A stretch of 64,000 bases of DNA from Bdellovibrionales bacterium. Its GTDB lineage: Bacteria; Bdellovibrionota; Bdellovibrionia; Bdellovibrionales; UBA1609. Below the pieces are notes generated by a model, which saw nothing but the letters and a program-made list of their open reading frames with translations, was not told the origin of the DNA and ran no database searches. The stretch covers positions 32,001 through 96,000 of the forward strand of contig DAHVQG010000001.1 of the NCBI GenBank assembly GCA_027317865.1. The letters run 5' to 3'. Made by a program: the position numbers and the translations under genes. This document shows, piece after piece, positions 48,301-58,398 of this stretch. The first letter of the stretch is position 1; each line of letters opens with the position of its first letter.

Positions 48301-50586
48301 TTAAACAATTTCAAGGCGCGCGTGTTTAGCCATAAATTTCTTTAGCGATTTATCGGCAAACAGTACTGACACTTTGGTCTGATCGCCACTGCCTTCTACT
48401 TGAAAAATTGAACCTACGCCAAAAACGGGGTGGCGTACGCGCTGTCCGCGTTTGAATGTCCCGCGCGCCGGCGACAACTCTTCAAAACTATCGTTGGTAA
48501 ACTCGTCGCGGGTGAATTCGTCGGCCTGCCAATGTGACGGCTCGGCAAGGGTCGTTTGCGCGGTACTGCCGTTACCGAATTTATCGATAAATCGCTTTAA
48601 AAACGCCGGCTGTTTCAATTTTGCGTTTGTCGTTAGATACTCGTCAGGGATTTCGCTTAAAAAACGGCTGTGCGGGCGTATTTCTTCTTCACCCCAGACG
48701 CGGCGTGAACGCGCATAACTCAAAAATAGGTTTTCGCGCGCACGAGTCATCCCGACGTAACAAAGCCGCCGTTCTTCTTCGAGGCGATCCGGTTCAGATT
48801 CATTAAGACTTTGCTCTGACGGGAAGAGCCCCTCCTCAAGGCCTACAATAAAAACATTTTTGAACTCGAGACCTTTTGATAAATGTAGCGTCATGAGCGT
48901 CACGGCATCTTGTTCGGGGTTGTCGCGATCCGCGTCTGAAACTAGCGCCATTTCTTCGAGAAATGCCGCAAGCGTTGCTTCGCTTTCGTCGCGTTCATTC
49001 TCAAATTGCAAAAGCGCATTTTGAAATTCTTCAAGGTTTTCAAGCCGTGCTTGCGCTTCGGGAGTGTTCTCTTCTTTAAGTTTCATTGCGTACTGGGTTT
49101 CGTCCAATATGCGCAGGTAAACTTCAGAAGGCGTGAGATTCGTCAGTTCAGCGCGCAGTTTATCCGTCATATGTCTGAAGTTTTGCAATTTATTGCAGGC
49201 GCCGGAGTGAACTAAGCGTTTGACGGCGACCTCTTGAGCTGCGTCGTAAGCAGAGATTTTATTTTGCGTGGCGAATTTCAAAACTTCATCAAGAGTCGTG
49301 CGGCCTATCCCGCGCGCGGGCGTGTTCACAATTCGAAAAAATGCGACATCGTCGGTCGGGTTGAGCAAGAGCCGCATGTAACAAATGACGTCTTTGATTT
49401 CTTTGCGCTCATAAAATTTGACCGTGCCAATCACGCGATAGGGGAGTGACTCGCTCCGCAACTGCTCTTCAAGCACGCGCGACTGAGCATTGGTGCGATA
49501 AAACACGGCTATGTCGTTGAGCTGATATTGGCGTGCCAAAATAAAATCACGAATTTTGCGCACGACAAATCGCGCTTCGTCGTATTCGTTATTTTCAGCT
49601 TGCACGGCGATTTTTGATCCGTGCGTATTTCGAGTGAAAAGAGTTTTGCTTTTGCGTTGCGTGTTTTTTGCGATCACATGCGATGCTGCTTCAACAATAT
49701 TTTTCGTTGAGCGGTAATTCTCTTCGAGTTTGACGATCTTCGTTTCAGGAAAATCTTTTTCAAAATCGAGAATGTTGCGGATATCCGCGCCGCGCCAGCT
49801 GTATATTGACTGATCTTCATCGCCAACCACACAAATGTTGCGATGTTTTTGGGCGAGCAATTTCACAATTAAATACTGTATGTGATTCGTGTCCTGATAT
49901 TCGTCGACGAGCACGTAATGAAATTGATTTTGGTAGGATTCGAGCACTTCTGGATACTTTTGTAAAATGGCGTGTGTTTTCAAAAGTAAATCGTCAAAAT
50001 CTACGGCATTGGCTCGCTTCATTTCGTCTTCGTAGATGCGATAGATTTCAAGAGTTGTTTCATCTAGCCGGAAGAAAGCGCTTGCCGACACTTTTTCGGG
50101 GGTAAGACCCAGCATTTTTGCCTGGCCGATCGAGTGGCGGATGGATTTTGGCACATAAACTTTGTCGTTTAGATTTAAATCTTCGCAAATACGTTTGATG
50201 AGGCTCAGTTGGTCGCTGTCATCATATATGACAAAAAAGGGTTGGTACCCCAGTCGGTGAATCTCTTCACGCAAAAAGCGGGCACAAAAGGAGTGAAAAG
50301 TCGATATCCACATCTCTTCGTGGATGGGTACGCCAGCTTGATGTAAAAGAGACTCTATGCGGGAACCCATTTCGCGCGCGGCTTTGTTGGTGAACGTAAC
50401 AGCCAAAACTTGCCCGGGAGTGGCTTCGCCTTGCAAAATTAGGTTTGCTACACGGTAAGTTAGAACCCGGGTCTTACCCGACCCAGCTCCCGCCAATATC
50501 AATAACGGGCCAGAAAGTGTCTGAACCGCCTCTAACTGTGCTGGATTGAGGTCATTTTGTAGTTGCTCTTGTTTCATTTGGCCCAT
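48301..50586 (-). CDS. uvrD: UvrD/PcrA superfamily 1 DNA helicase
   Basis: AGAGSGKTRVL, TFTNKAA, DEYQDTN, VGDEDQSIYSWRGA, NYRST, TLH.SKGLEF, EERRLCYVGMTRA, C-terminal Tudor-like RVRHPVFGVG. Confidence 0.95.
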   Translation of the reverse strand: MGQMKQEQLQNDLNPAQLEAVQTLSGPLLILAGAGSGKTRVLTYRVANLILQGEATPGQVLAVTFTNKAAREMGSRIESLLHQAGVPIHEEMWISTFHSFCARFLREEIHRLGYQPFFVIYDDSDQLSLIKRICEDLNLNDKVYVPKSIRHSIGQAKMLGLTPEKVSASAFFRLDETTLEIYRIYEDEMKRANAVDFDDLLLKTHAILQKYPEVLESYQNQFHYVLVDEYQDTNHIQYLIVKLLAQKHRNICVVGDEDQSIYSWRGADIRNILDFEKDFPETKIVKLEENYRSTKNIVEAASHVIAKNTQRKSKTLFTRNTHGSKIAVQAENNEYDEARFVVRKIRDFILARQYQLNDIAVFYRTNAQSRVLEEQLRSESLPYRVIGTVKFYERKEIKDVICYMRLLLNPTDDVAFFRIVNTPARGIGRTTLDEVLKFATQNKISAYDAAQEVAVKRLVHSGACNKLQNFRHMTDKLRAELTNLTPSEVYLRILDETQYAMKLKEENTPEAQARLENLEEFQNALLQFENERDESEATLAAFLEEMALVSDADRDNPEQDAVTLMTLHLSKGLEFKNVFIVGLEEGLFPSEQSLNESEPDRLEEERRLCYVGMTRARENLFLSYARSRRVWGEEEIRPHSRFLSEIPDEYLTTNAKLKQPAFLKRFIDKFGNGSTAQTTLAEPSHWQADEFTRDEFTNDSFEELSPARGTFKRGQRVRHPVFGVGSIFQVEGSGDQTKVSVLFADKSLKKFMAKHARLEIV

Positions 50587-50676
50587 GTTTTAGCATGCGG
50601 ACCCGCCCAAGCCCAGTTTCGACTTGATTTTTAGTGCGATTTCTAAGACAACCAAAGGCTCTATTAGGAGTTATGG

Positions 50677-50982
50677 ATGGCAAAACTCAGTTCGATTAAT
50701 AAAAACAACCGTCGACGTGAAAAGGCAACGAAGCACTGGAAGGCCCGCCGCGAATTGCGCGCGAAATCACTCGATTTGAAGCTTTCGGATGTAGAACGCG
50801 AGGCCGCGTTTTTAAAATTACAGAAAATGCCAAGAAATGGTTCGCCAATTCGCGTTGTTAACCGTTGTGCCATCACCGGCCGTCCGCGCGGCAATCTGAC
50901 CAAATTTGGCCTTTCACGGATTAAATTTCGCGAGTTGGCATTGCGTGGAAAGATCCCCGGCGTTACCAAGGCATCTTGGTAA
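50677..50982 (+). CDS. rpsN: 30S ribosomal protein S14 (101-aa, non-zinc-ribbon type)
   Basis: [54 protein letters not shown]. Confidence 0.96.
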   Translation: MAKLSSINKNNRRREKATKHWKARRELRAKSLDLKLSDVEREAAFLKLQKMPRNGSPIRVVNRCAITGRPRGNLTKFGLSRIKFRELALRGKIPGVTKASW

Positions 50983-50983
50983 C

Positions 50984-51769
50984 TTACCTTACAATTTTTT
51001 GAACGATTGCAGCGCTTACCGCTTTTGTGGCTAGAAGTTCGGTGCGGTAATCCATCGCGCCTTTTTGGCTCGCGAATAAACCTATGCTCACGCGAAACCA
51101 TTTTCTACCGCGTACCACGGCCGGTACATAAAATGCACTATACCCTTGTTTTTTAAGCTTTGCCGCTCGCGCGCGTGCCTGCCGTTGGTTGGCGTACGAG
51201 GCAATTTGCACGGTGTACTTACCAATCGCGGTTGTCGCAACGGGAGGCAATTGCATCGAAACATGGCGTTTCAGAAGTTTGCGAGCTTTTGCGGGGCTTA
51301 AATTATTTGCCACGCGATCGGCGGCATTGGCTTCAGAATTCGGACTTATTGAAGCAATGTTGCGGCTGTTTTGTAAGTTACTTTCGCTCGAGTTGAAATG
51401 CGTACGTTTTGTGTAGCCACTCAAGTGATTTGTAGAACCGTTCTGTGCAGTTGTTTGGTCTGCAGTCTGACTTGAAGCTTGAGCGTTTGCGCTCGCCGGC
51501 TCGCGTGCCGCATTGATAAATTCTTGAGCAAGACTCTTAGTTTGTTGATCGTTAATCGGCTTCGTTGCCGGATTGCTTGCTGTATTGTTCGCGTCGGCGA
51601 CCTGCGAATTACCATTAAACTGTAATTCGAGAGCCGCCTGGCGGTAGTTGCTGTCGCTTACTTGCTTACCGACATACGTTCCAACAGAAAAAGAAAGAAG
51701 AGAAATGAAGAATATGAGCACCAATTTAAATACGGTGTCGGCTTTCGAACCGCCGCCAGGATTAGACAT
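50984..51769 (-). CDS. SPOR-domain cell-division protein (FtsN/DedD-like)
   Basis: N-terminal TM, disordered linker, YTVQIASY..A..LKKQGY..WFRVSIGLF SPOR domain. Confidence 0.85.
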   Translation of the reverse strand: MSNPGGGSKADTVFKLVLIFFISLLSFSVGTYVGKQVSDSNYRQAALELQFNGNSQVADANNTASNPATKPINDQQTKSLAQEFINAAREPASANAQASSQTADQTTAQNGSTNHLSGYTKRTHFNSSESNLQNSRNIASISPNSEANAADRVANNLSPAKARKLLKRHVSMQLPPVATTAIGKYTVQIASYANQRQARARAAKLKKQGYSAFYVPAVVRGRKWFRVSIGLFASQKGAMDYRTELLATKAVSAAIVQKIVR

Positions 51770-51892
51770 AAAGACCCCCCAAACAATATAAAAGCTTTTT
51801 TACTCTCTATATTATATCGTACCGTTGCTAGGCAAGTTGGGTCAAATCTTTGCACACTTGACAAAAGACCTTCAACCATCAACCCTGCCGTC

Positions 51893-52705
51893 ATGATTGA
51901 GATCGATAAAGCCCTACAATCCGCTAAAGAAGCTGCAAAAATTGGCCGCCAAGTGATTATGTCTTACTATGGTCGAATACGCCATGTTGAAGAAAAAAAT
52001 CAGGCAGGTCTTGTTTCTGAAGCCGATCGCGAAAGCGAACTTGCCATCACTCAATTTTTAAGACGTGCTCATCCCGAATATTGGGTACTCGGTGAAGAGG
52101 AGAGTTTTGCAAAACAGGGCTTTGGCCCAGTCGAAATTTTACGTCAGTCGGGTGTCTGGCTTGTGGACCCGCTCGACGGCACGACAAACTACGTTCATCG
52201 TTTGCCTTTTTTTTGTGTCAGCATCGGCCTTGTATTTCAAAACGAATTGCAGGTGGGTGTCGTTGACGTGCCGATTTTAGAGAAAGTTTATTGGGCGGCG
52301 AAAGGGCGCGGTGCTTTCGTGAACGACGTGCCGCTAAAAGTAAGTGAACGTGATCGAGTACAAGACGCGCTTCTTGCCACTGGATTTTCTATGTACGACA
52401 AAACAGTATTGAAAAAGCAATTGGGAATTTTTGGCGATTTAGTGAGCCAGGCGCGCGGAGTTCGCCGAGCTGGCTCGGCGGCGATGGATCTTTGCTGGGT
52501 TGCTGAAGGCGTATTCGACGGCTATTGGGAGAGTAATTTAAAACCGTGGGATACGGCGGCTGGAGCGTTGCTTGTGAAAGAGGCCGGCGGAGTTGTCACA
52601 ACATACGACGGAAAACCGTACGATCCGTTTGACGCGACCATCGTGTCGGGCAACCCGCAACTTCAGCCGGTATTGAGAAATCGAATTTATGAATACTGGC
52701 GCTAA
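51893..52705 (+). CDS. suhB: inositol monophosphatase family protein SuhB
   Basis: LVSEAD, GEEE, WLVDPLDGTTNY, RRAGSAAMDL, WDTAAG; ATG 51893 chosen because the upstream extension overlaps the SPOR gene. Confidence 0.9.
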   Translation: MIEIDKALQSAKEAAKIGRQVIMSYYGRIRHVEEKNQAGLVSEADRESELAITQFLRRAHPEYWVLGEEESFAKQGFGPVEILRQSGVWLVDPLDGTTNYVHRLPFFCVSIGLVFQNELQVGVVDVPILEKVYWAAKGRGAFVNDVPLKVSERDRVQDALLATGFSMYDKTVLKKQLGIFGDLVSQARGVRRAGSAAMDLCWVAEGVFDGYWESNLKPWDTAAGALLVKEAGGVVTTYDGKPYDPFDATIVSGNPQLQPVLRNRIYEYWR

Positions 52706-52840
52706 TTATTAGAACTAGCCGGCAGTCCTGTCAAAAATCAGCGACATTAAGCTCGCGCAACGACAAATTTCTTTTAGGCAATAATTGCCTATTTTCAAAA
52801 AACCGTAATGGTTTTGCGCTCGACCTCAAACAAAGTCCTG

Positions 52841-52857
52841 TTGGCATTTGAGTTGCT
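52841..52857 (+). promoter_or_regulatory. sigma54 promoter of the fliL operon; candidate upstream site TGTC-N10-GACA at 52729-52746
   Basis: TTGGCATTTGAGTTGCT, GG-N10-GC. Confidence 0.75.
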
Positions 52858-52926
52858 CCTGAAATGGTCAGGGGAGTGTGTGAGTTGTTTAACCGACTCC
52901 ACGGCTACTCAAAAAGGGGGCGAATC

Positions 52927-53457
52927 GTGGCAGAACAAAAAGCACCGGAACCGGCACCAGCGGCGGCACCAGCACCATCCGGTGGAAAGCCAACCTTATT
53001 TATCATTTTGGCCGTTGTGAACATGTTAGTTGTGGCCGCCGTCGGAGCAATGATTTTTCTCAACCGAAAACGGCAAGCCTCGCAAACTACAATTCAGCAG
53101 GTAATAAACGCTGAAGCCACGCAAGAAAAGAAAGAACAAGAAAATCCCGAATTCATCGGTAAACTTGTTCCCCTTGATACATTCCTCGTTAATCTCGCCG
53201 GTAGTCGAGGACAAAAGCTTGTAAAAGTTGATATGGAGCTTGAAGTCAGCAATACCGCCGTTGAAAAAGAAATCAACACGATCATGCCGAAAATTCGCGA
53301 CATTATAATCATAATTCTGTCTTCTAAAACGTATGCGCAAATTGCCACAGCTCAAGGCAAAGACGAACTGCGCAACGAAATTCGCGATAAAGTGAATTTG
53401 TTTTTAACAAAGGGCCGAATCAAACGCGTATATTTTACGGAATTTATTTATAACTAA
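52927..53457 (+). CDS. fliL: flagellar basal body-associated protein FliL
   Basis: TM, FLVNLA, PKIRDIII, GKDELRNEI, VYFTEFI; GTG 52927 after AAGGGGG. Confidence 0.92.
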   Translation: MAEQKAPEPAPAAAPAPSGGKPTLFIILAVVNMLVVAAVGAMIFLNRKRQASQTTIQQVINAEATQEKKEQENPEFIGKLVPLDTFLVNLAGSRGQKLVKVDMELEVSNTAVEKEINTIMPKIRDIIIIILSSKTYAQIATAQGKDELRNEIRDKVNLFLTKGRIKRVYFTEFIYN

Positions 53458-53477
53458 AAGAAGGGTTAAGAGACGGT

Positions 53478-54488
53478 ATGAGCCAAGTTCTGTCACAAAG
53501 TGAAGTCGACGCGCTCCTCGCCGCAGTATCAGAGGGTGAAATCGCCGGGCAAGACGCAAACGGTGACGCCGGTGGAGCAGGCGCGGTTGAAAAAAAAGAC
53601 GATCGCATCGTCGTTTCGTATGATTTAACGAGCCAAGATCGGATTATTCGCGGTCGGTTGCCGCAACTTGAAGTTATATACGAAAAGTTTATGCGGTCGT
53701 TCCGCGTCTCGCTCTCGTCAGCTTTAAGAAAAATTGCGACGCTCAACCACGCGAGCACCGATTTTTTGAAATTCGGCGAGTTCATCAACACTCAACCGAT
53801 GCCGACCTGCATGAGCGTGTTGCGTTTCAATGCCCTACGCGGTTCGGTTTTGTTCGTTGTTGAATCAAAACTTGCGTACGCTCTTGTTGACAATTTTTTC
53901 GGCGGTGCCGACCGACCTTACACAAAAACTGAAGGCAAAGACTTTACTGCCATCGAGCTACAAATTATTCGAAAAGTCGTGGATTTGGCTATTGGCGATC
54001 TCGAAGAAGCATGGGCATCAGTCGAAAAAATCGATTGCTCGTTTTTGCGTACCGAAATTAACCCGCAGTTTGTCGGGATTGTTCCCCCGACAGATATAGT
54101 TATCGCTTCGACTTTCGACGTCGAACTTGAAAACGCGAACGGGATTATCACGCTCGTCATCCCCTATTCGACTATTGAGCCGATCAAACAGAAATTGCAG
54201 TCGGGATTTCAAGTTGAATCTGATCAAACAGATAAAAAACTTTGGTCATCCACCTTTATCGAGCAACTTTTAGGAACTGAAGTCGAGGTAAAAGTCGATC
54301 TCGGCGAGACCGAAGTGTCACTCGGGGATCTTTTGGAACTTAAAGCAGGCGATGTGGTTTCGCTCAATCAAGACGCCACGGGCGAGTTCGATGTACAAAT
54401 TGAAGGAGTTCGAAAGTTTAAATCATACTATGGCATTCATCACGGTTCGGTCGCGGTTCAAATCACGCGGCCGGTTGAAAAGGGATGA
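53478..54488 (+). CDS. fliM: flagellar motor switch protein FliM
   Basis: VLSQSEVDALL, FFGG, FTAIE, EINPQF, C-terminal SpoA domain. Confidence 0.96.
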   Translation: MSQVLSQSEVDALLAAVSEGEIAGQDANGDAGGAGAVEKKDDRIVVSYDLTSQDRIIRGRLPQLEVIYEKFMRSFRVSLSSALRKIATLNHASTDFLKFGEFINTQPMPTCMSVLRFNALRGSVLFVVESKLAYALVDNFFGGADRPYTKTEGKDFTAIELQIIRKVVDLAIGDLEEAWASVEKIDCSFLRTEINPQFVGIVPPTDIVIASTFDVELENANGIITLVIPYSTIEPIKQKLQSGFQVESDQTDKKLWSSTFIEQLLGTEVEVKVDLGETEVSLGDLLELKAGDVVSLNQDATGEFDVQIEGVRKFKSYYGIHHGSVAVQITRPVEKG

Positions 54489-54514
54489 ATTCACGGGAGT
54501 GAAGGGGAAAAATT

Positions 54515-54883
54515 ATGGCAGATGATCAAACCGCAAAAAAACTGGAAGAACCCGCTGAGACGGAAGCGGGGCCTGAAAGCCAACCGATCGAACAGGCGGT
54601 ATCAAACGGCGAGGCAAAGCCCGAGCGAAATCTCGATCTCATTCTTGATATTCCGCTTAAGGTGACGGTCGAGCTCGGGCGAACCAAAATGGTTGTGAAT
54701 GAACTTCTCAATCTCGGGCAAGGCAGCGTCATTGAATTGCAAAAGCTCGCCGGTGAGCCGCTTGAAGTTTTAGTCAACAACAAACTGGTCGCCCGGGGCG
54801 AAGCCGTCGTTGTAAACGAAAAATTCGGCGTTCGATTGACCGACATCATCTCGCAAACAGAGCGAGTGGAGCAATTGGGATGA
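54515..54883 (+). CDS. fliN: flagellar motor switch protein FliN
   Basis: LDIPLKVTVELGRT, GSVIEL, ARGEAVVVNEKFGVRLTDI. Confidence 0.96.
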   Translation: MADDQTAKKLEEPAETEAGPESQPIEQAVSNGEAKPERNLDLILDIPLKVTVELGRTKMVVNELLNLGQGSVIELQKLAGEPLEVLVNNKLVARGEAVVVNEKFGVRLTDIISQTERVEQLG

Positions 54884-55509
54884 AATTTCGATGGGGTTTT
54901 GTCGTTTGCGCAATTGTGTTGGGGGTGATTTTAACATTCGCCTTTTCGCCGATTTCGTTGGCCGATACTTCGACAGTTAAATCGACGCCGTTGACAGCAA
55001 CCCCCGTAAAAGTGAAAAAAAATTTACCCGAATCGCAAATTCCAGTTTTCTTATCTAAATCGAATCCGCTGCAAACATCGATTAATCCGTGGGGGCGGTT
55101 ACTTCTTAGTTTTTTGATCATCGGCATTGTCGGCGGTGGAATGATGTTTTTTGCTCGATGGTATTCGGGCAAACACCGTAAAAACGGCGACCCGAATAAA
55201 ATCAGGGTCCTCACGCAACATCATTTGGGCCCCAAAAAAACTTTGGCGATTGTGCGCGTGGCCGGAGAATCCATTTTGATCGGTATAACCGACCACAATA
55301 TATCAATGTTAAAATCGCTGTCGCTTCTTGACGACGAAATACCTAATAATGAAGCGGCAAATAATTTTCAACAGACGCTTGATCACGCGGATGAAAGGCA
55401 AACAGCGGCGACTTTCGACACCCTAAAGGCGCCTGTCGACGATGAACTTCAGCTTTCGCGAATCAAAGATCGTATTTCGACAAAACTTAAAAACTTGAGG
55501 CCGCTGTGA
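54880..55509 (+). CDS. fliO: flagellar biogenesis protein FliO/FliZ
   Basis: TM then [37 protein letters not shown]. Confidence 0.85.
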   Translation: MKFRWGFVVCAIVLGVILTFAFSPISLADTSTVKSTPLTATPVKVKKNLPESQIPVFLSKSNPLQTSINPWGRLLLSFLIIGIVGGGMMFFARWYSGKHRKNGDPNKIRVLTQHHLGPKKTLAIVRVAGESILIGITDHNISMLKSLSLLDDEIPNNEAANNFQQTLDHADERQTAATFDTLKAPVDDELQLSRIKDRISTKLKNLRPL

Positions 55510-56252
55510 AGCGAATCGGTGCGTACTTTATTTTTATTTTCGTGCTCACCTGGTCGCATCATGCCTTTGCTCAATTAACGCTGCCGACTTTCAGTTTAGG
55601 GTACAAAAGCATCCACCAGCCGCAAGATTTTGTGAACAGTATTAAAATTTTATTGGGCCTCACTGTTCTCGCATTGGCGCCGGCCATTCTGATCATGATG
55701 ACGGCATTCACACGTGTCGTCATTGTACTTTCGTTTGTACGGCAGGCGCTCGGTACACAAAATATGCCGCCGAATCAAGTCATTGTGGGGCTTGCGCTTT
55801 TCATCACCTTTTTCATCATGTCGCCCTTCTTACAAAATATAAATACAAGCGCCGTGCAACCCTATTTGAACAAACAGATTACTCAAGAGGTCGCACTTGA
55901 TCGCGCTTTAGTTCCGATTAGACGATTTATGTTTAATGAGACGCGCGATTCCGATCTGGCGCTGTTCGTGCATTTATCCAAAATGCCTCAGCCCAAAACA
56001 AGGGCGGACGTGCCGACGACGGTACTTATACCCGCTTTTATTACCTCCGAACTGAAGACGGCGTTTGAAATCGGATTCATTATTTACCTGCCGTTTCTCA
56101 TTATCGACATGATTGTGGCGAGTGTTCTCATGGCTATGGGGATGATGATGTTGCCGCCGGTGATTATTTCGCTTCCGTTTAAAATCATGCTTTTTGTTTT
56201 GGTTAATGGTTGGGCGTTGATTATCGGTTCTCTGGTGAAAAGTTTTGGATAA
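55506..56252 (+). CDS. fliP: flagellar export gate protein FliP
   Basis: [51 protein letters not shown]. Confidence 0.97.
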   Translation: MKRIGAYFIFIFVLTWSHHAFAQLTLPTFSLGYKSIHQPQDFVNSIKILLGLTVLALAPAILIMMTAFTRVVIVLSFVRQALGTQNMPPNQVIVGLALFITFFIMSPFLQNINTSAVQPYLNKQITQEVALDRALVPIRRFMFNETRDSDLALFVHLSKMPQPKTRADVPTTVLIPAFITSELKTAFEIGFIIYLPFLIIDMIVASVLMAMGMMMLPPVIISLPFKIMLFVLVNGWALIIGSLVKSFG

Positions 56253-56278
56253 TGGACGTTTGAAAGGAGCTTTTCAGC

Positions 56279-56551
56279 GTGACTCAAGAACTTGTTTTAA
56301 ACCTTGGGCAAGATGCGATTCGGACAACGGCGTTGATTTCGGCTCCCATGCTGATTGCCTCGCTGGTTATCGGCTTGATCATCAGCGTTTTACAAGCGGT
56401 TACGCAAATTAACGAATCGACGCTGACGTTTGTACCAAAAATGGTTGTGATTTTTTTAGTTCTTGTAGTGGCCGGTCCCTGGATGTTGGCTGTGATGTCG
56501 CACTACACGACCGTGCTTTATCACAACATTGCATTTTTCGTGAGGGGTTAA
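56279..56551 (+). CDS. fliQ: flagellar export gate protein FliQ
   Basis: QAVTQINESTLTFVPK, GPWM. Confidence 0.96.
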   Translation: MTQELVLNLGQDAIRTTALISAPMLIASLVIGLIISVLQAVTQINESTLTFVPKMVVIFLVLVVAGPWMLAVMSHYTTVLYHNIAFFVRG

Positions 56552-57331
56552 GTGCCGAACATATATACGTTTAGTATGACTGAAATTTTAGCTTTTGCGC
56601 TTGTTCTTTTGCGCATGGCGGGTTTTGTTTTCGCGATGCCGATTTTTGGCAGCAACATGGTCCCAGCCCCGGTGAAGATTTTGTTCGCTTTGGCATTAAC
56701 GTTTGTGCTGTTTCCACAAATCGGATGGAGAAAACTCAGTTTTGATGTCGATTCAGTTATGATTATTACGCTTGCGGTAAAAGAGCTTTTTGTAGGGCTT
56801 GTCCTCGGGTTTTTGGCACGTATCTTTTTCTTTGCCGTCTCCATGGCGGGTGAAATTATGAGCGTGTCGCTTGGGTTGTCAGAAGCTCAATTGTTTGACA
56901 CAACAATGGGCGGAAGCATGAGTTCTTTTGATCAGTTTTTCGTGATTCTTGCGTCGATTTTTTTCTTGGCGATTAACGGACATGAGCTTTTGATTGCCGG
57001 AATATTTCAATCGTATTCAATTGTGCCGTTAAGCAAAGTCGGCCTCGCACTGACGCCGTTTGGCAGTTTTGGCATCATTATCGAAACCGTGATGTTAATC
57101 GCGGTCAAAATGAGTGCGCCGATTTTGGTGTCGATTTTGTTTTTAAATCTCGCCGTTGCCGTTGTGGGCCGTGCGGTTCCCCAAATCAATATTCTAATTA
57201 CAAGCTTACCGTTGAACATTTTGGCTGGGTTTATTGTTTTGTTTGTGACATTGCCGTTACTTTTGTGGGAGATGCACGGACTTTCGAACCTAACGGCAAT
57301 TGAACTTATTCGCTTTGTGAAGGCGCTTTAA
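56552..57331 (+). CDS. fliR: flagellar export gate protein FliR
   Basis: LRMAGFVFAMPIFG, KELFVG, AGEIM, RAVPQINI. Confidence 0.94.
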   Translation: MPNIYTFSMTEILAFALVLLRMAGFVFAMPIFGSNMVPAPVKILFALALTFVLFPQIGWRKLSFDVDSVMIITLAVKELFVGLVLGFLARIFFFAVSMAGEIMSVSLGLSEAQLFDTTMGGSMSSFDQFFVILASIFFLAINGHELLIAGIFQSYSIVPLSKVGLALTPFGSFGIIIETVMLIAVKMSAPILVSILFLNLAVAVVGRAVPQINILITSLPLNILAGFIVLFVTLPLLLWEMHGLSNLTAIELIRFVKAL

Positions 57332-58398
57332 TGGCTGATTCAGACGATTCTGAAAAGACAGAAGAACCTACGCCGCAGCGGCGCGAAGATTTTAGAAATC
57401 GCGGCCAAGTTGCGCAAACACGCGAACTGGGTTCCGTTTTCGTGCTTTTGTTTTCAACGATCGCATTCTGGCTTCTTGGACGCTATTTTTTGCTGCAAAT
57501 GTATGAAATATACAGACATTCATTTACAGACTTTCTTGTTCAAACCAGCCGTACCGGCGATTGGTACATGGCCGTGCGCTTTGCGGCGATTCACGCCGCG
57601 CTTATAGTAGCGCCACTCACGGGTCTTCTTTGGATCATCAACATCATGGCTTCGGTTATTCAAGTGGGTTTAATCAATAGCGAAGAGGCAATGAAATTTG
57701 ATTTGAACCGGATCGACCCCGTGCAGGGGTTCAAGCGCATTTTCACATTGCGATCACTCGTCGAGGGCGGCAAAGCGATCATTAAAGTTACACTGGTAAG
57801 CGGCATTGTTTACATAATTTTAAAAAACGAGATTAAAACCCTCCCGCGGCTGTCGCTTTTCGGCACATCGCAGTTGCTTGTTTATTGCGGCGAACTGACG
57901 CTGAAACTTTGCGGATGGGTCGGAGTTTTAATGGCGGTACTTGCCGGCCTTGATTACCTATTTCAGCGCTGGGAATTAGAACGTGAAATGCGCATGACCA
58001 AGCAAGAGGTCAAAGAAGAACTCAAATCCCGTGAAGGAGACCCGCTGGTACGCGCACGTGTTCGCAAGCTTCAACGTGAGATCGCTAACCGCCGGATGAT
58101 GGACGCAGTTAAAAAAGCTGATGTCGTTATCACAAACCCGACGCACTTGGCGTGCGCACTTCAGTATTCGAAAGAAATGATCGCGCCCAGGTTAGTTGCT
58201 AAAGGTGCCGATTTTATGGCGGAAAAAATCAAGGCCATTGCAAAAGAAAACAACGTTCCTATTGTAGAAAACAAGCCGCTTGCGCGAACGATCTTTAAAA
58301 CTTTGAAAATCGGTCAGGTTATACCACGGGAGCTTTACGCGGCCGTCGCTGAAGTCCTGTCGTATATTTACCGGCTTAAACGGCAGAGGTTTAGCTAA
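57331..58398 (+). CDS. flhB: flagellar export protein FlhB
   Basis: EKTEEPT, MTKQEVKEELKSREGDP, autocleavage NPTH. Confidence 0.97.
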   Translation: MADSDDSEKTEEPTPQRREDFRNRGQVAQTRELGSVFVLLFSTIAFWLLGRYFLLQMYEIYRHSFTDFLVQTSRTGDWYMAVRFAAIHAALIVAPLTGLLWIINIMASVIQVGLINSEEAMKFDLNRIDPVQGFKRIFTLRSLVEGGKAIIKVTLVSGIVYIILKNEIKTLPRLSLFGTSQLLVYCGELTLKLCGWVGVLMAVLAGLDYLFQRWELEREMRMTKQEVKEELKSREGDPLVRARVRKLQREIANRRMMDAVKKADVVITNPTHLACALQYSKEMIAPRLVAKGADFMAEKIKAIAKENNVPIVENKPLARTIFKTLKIGQVIPRELYAAVAEVLSYIYRLKRQRFS

